From positions 9,123 through 73,122 of the forward strand of contig JAZNGG010000015.1 in NCBI GenBank assembly GCA_045576355.1: a DNA stretch of 64,000 nucleotides, given 5' to 3'. The DNA comes from Bacteroidales bacterium. GTDB lineage: Bacteria > Bacteroidota > Bacteroidia > Bacteroidales > UBA3663. Shown in pieces: positions 63,588-64,000 of this stretch. Each line of letters starts with the position of its first letter. The first letter of the stretch is position 1. Position numbers and translations under genes: made by a program. The notes below the pieces were generated by a model. It was given only the letters and a program-made list of their open reading frames with translations, did not search any database and was not told the DNA's origin.

Positions 63588-64000
63588 ATGAGAAAACTAC
63601 TATCACTTCTGCTGGTTGCCCTTGCTGTCGGCACCTCGCAGAGCCATGCCGCTCCACAAGTCCGCTACACCGGAACGACTTTGAGCAATCCTTATTTGCA
63701 TGACGGAGGGTTAGCCCCCATCATTGGCACACATAACATACAGACCATGCGTGCCAACCGCGAACAACCGGATGAGACCAACTGTCAGGGGTGGACCTAT
63801 AACCACCAGCCGATGATGGCATATTGGCACGGACGCTTCTGGCTACACTACCTCTCCGACCCGATCAGCGAACACATCCCGCCCTCTGTGACCTGGCTCC
63901 AGACCTCCACCGACGGACGGCAATGGACCAACCCGGAGATTATCTTCCCCGAGTATCAAGTGCCCGACGGATTCCGCAAAGAGGGACAAAACCGCGAGGC
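63588..64000 (+). CDS. 5' part of a secreted protein (runs off the window); function not assignable
   Basis: ATG at 63588 with signal peptide MRKLLSLLLVALAVGTSQSHA. The frame stays open to base 64000 (...GWTYNHQPMMAYWHGRFWLHYLSDP...TSTDGRQWTNPE...). It is absent from the ORF track because no stop lies in the window. Confidence 0.6.
   Translation, partial: MRKLLSLLLVALAVGTSQSHAAPQVRYTGTTLSNPYLHDGGLAPIIGTHNIQTMRANREQPDETNCQGWTYNHQPMMAYWHGRFWLHYLSDPISEHIPPSVTWLQTSTDGRQWTNPEIIFPEYQVPDGFRKEGQNRE

Noticed and set aside
1-64000. tRNA, rRNA, tmRNA, RNase P, transposase, integrase, restriction-modification, toxin-antitoxin or cas genes.
   Set aside because: No T-arm/GTTCRANYC-type signatures or cloverleaf candidates were seen in the intergenic regions. 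No ORF has transposase, integrase or Cas motifs. The absence is by eye only and should be confirmed with tRNAscan-SE, Infernal and ISEScan.

Overview
This 64-kb window is a chromosomal segment from a Bacteroidota, most likely Bacteroidales. The evidence for that placement is the TAnnTTTG -7 promoter boxes in front of most genes, the T9SS C-terminal sorting domains, gldH, a hybrid two-component regulator, and an frdCAB-type fumarate reductase.

Coding content:
- Housekeeping genes: mscL, a PerR-like regulator with rubrerythrin, fmt, a succinate/acetate CoA-transferase, uvrA, tyrS, a PSP1 protein with gldH, rny, zapA, tatAC, frdCAB, dusB, trmD and glyQS.
- Plant-cell-wall enzymes scattered among them: GH43 (three catalytic modules), GH31, a CE1-like esterase, a CE8 pectinesterase, a PL1 pectate lyase and a PL9-like beta-helix protein. 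Several carry T9SS sorting domains. No SusC/SusD pair is present.
- Two visibly AT-richer islets: a YhcG-like nuclease with a CPBP protease, and a FISUMP-like lipoprotein.
- I found no tRNA, rRNA, CRISPR, transposase or integrase.

The most unusual signal is non-coding. Almost every larger intergenic gap is filled by modular repeats:
- (i) A mosaic family found at 9 loci. It is built from GA-rich tracts, CCATAG-hairpin units with covarying 4-bp stems and C-GNA-G triloops, and CCCTAAA-like heptamer runs.
- (ii) A roughly 400-bp dispersed element found as 2 full copies and 1 decayed copy. It carries a conserved Bacteroides-type promoter, a hairpin with G-U pairs plus a U-tract (a candidate sRNA), and a minisatellite.
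- (iii) Four minisatellites with a strict 22-bp period made of near-palindromic units.

No cognate enzyme is encoded in the window, so function and mobility are inferences.

CDS coordinates follow the supplied ORF track, with starts trimmed by codon counting. Coordinates of non-coding features were read by eye and may be off by 1-3 nt.
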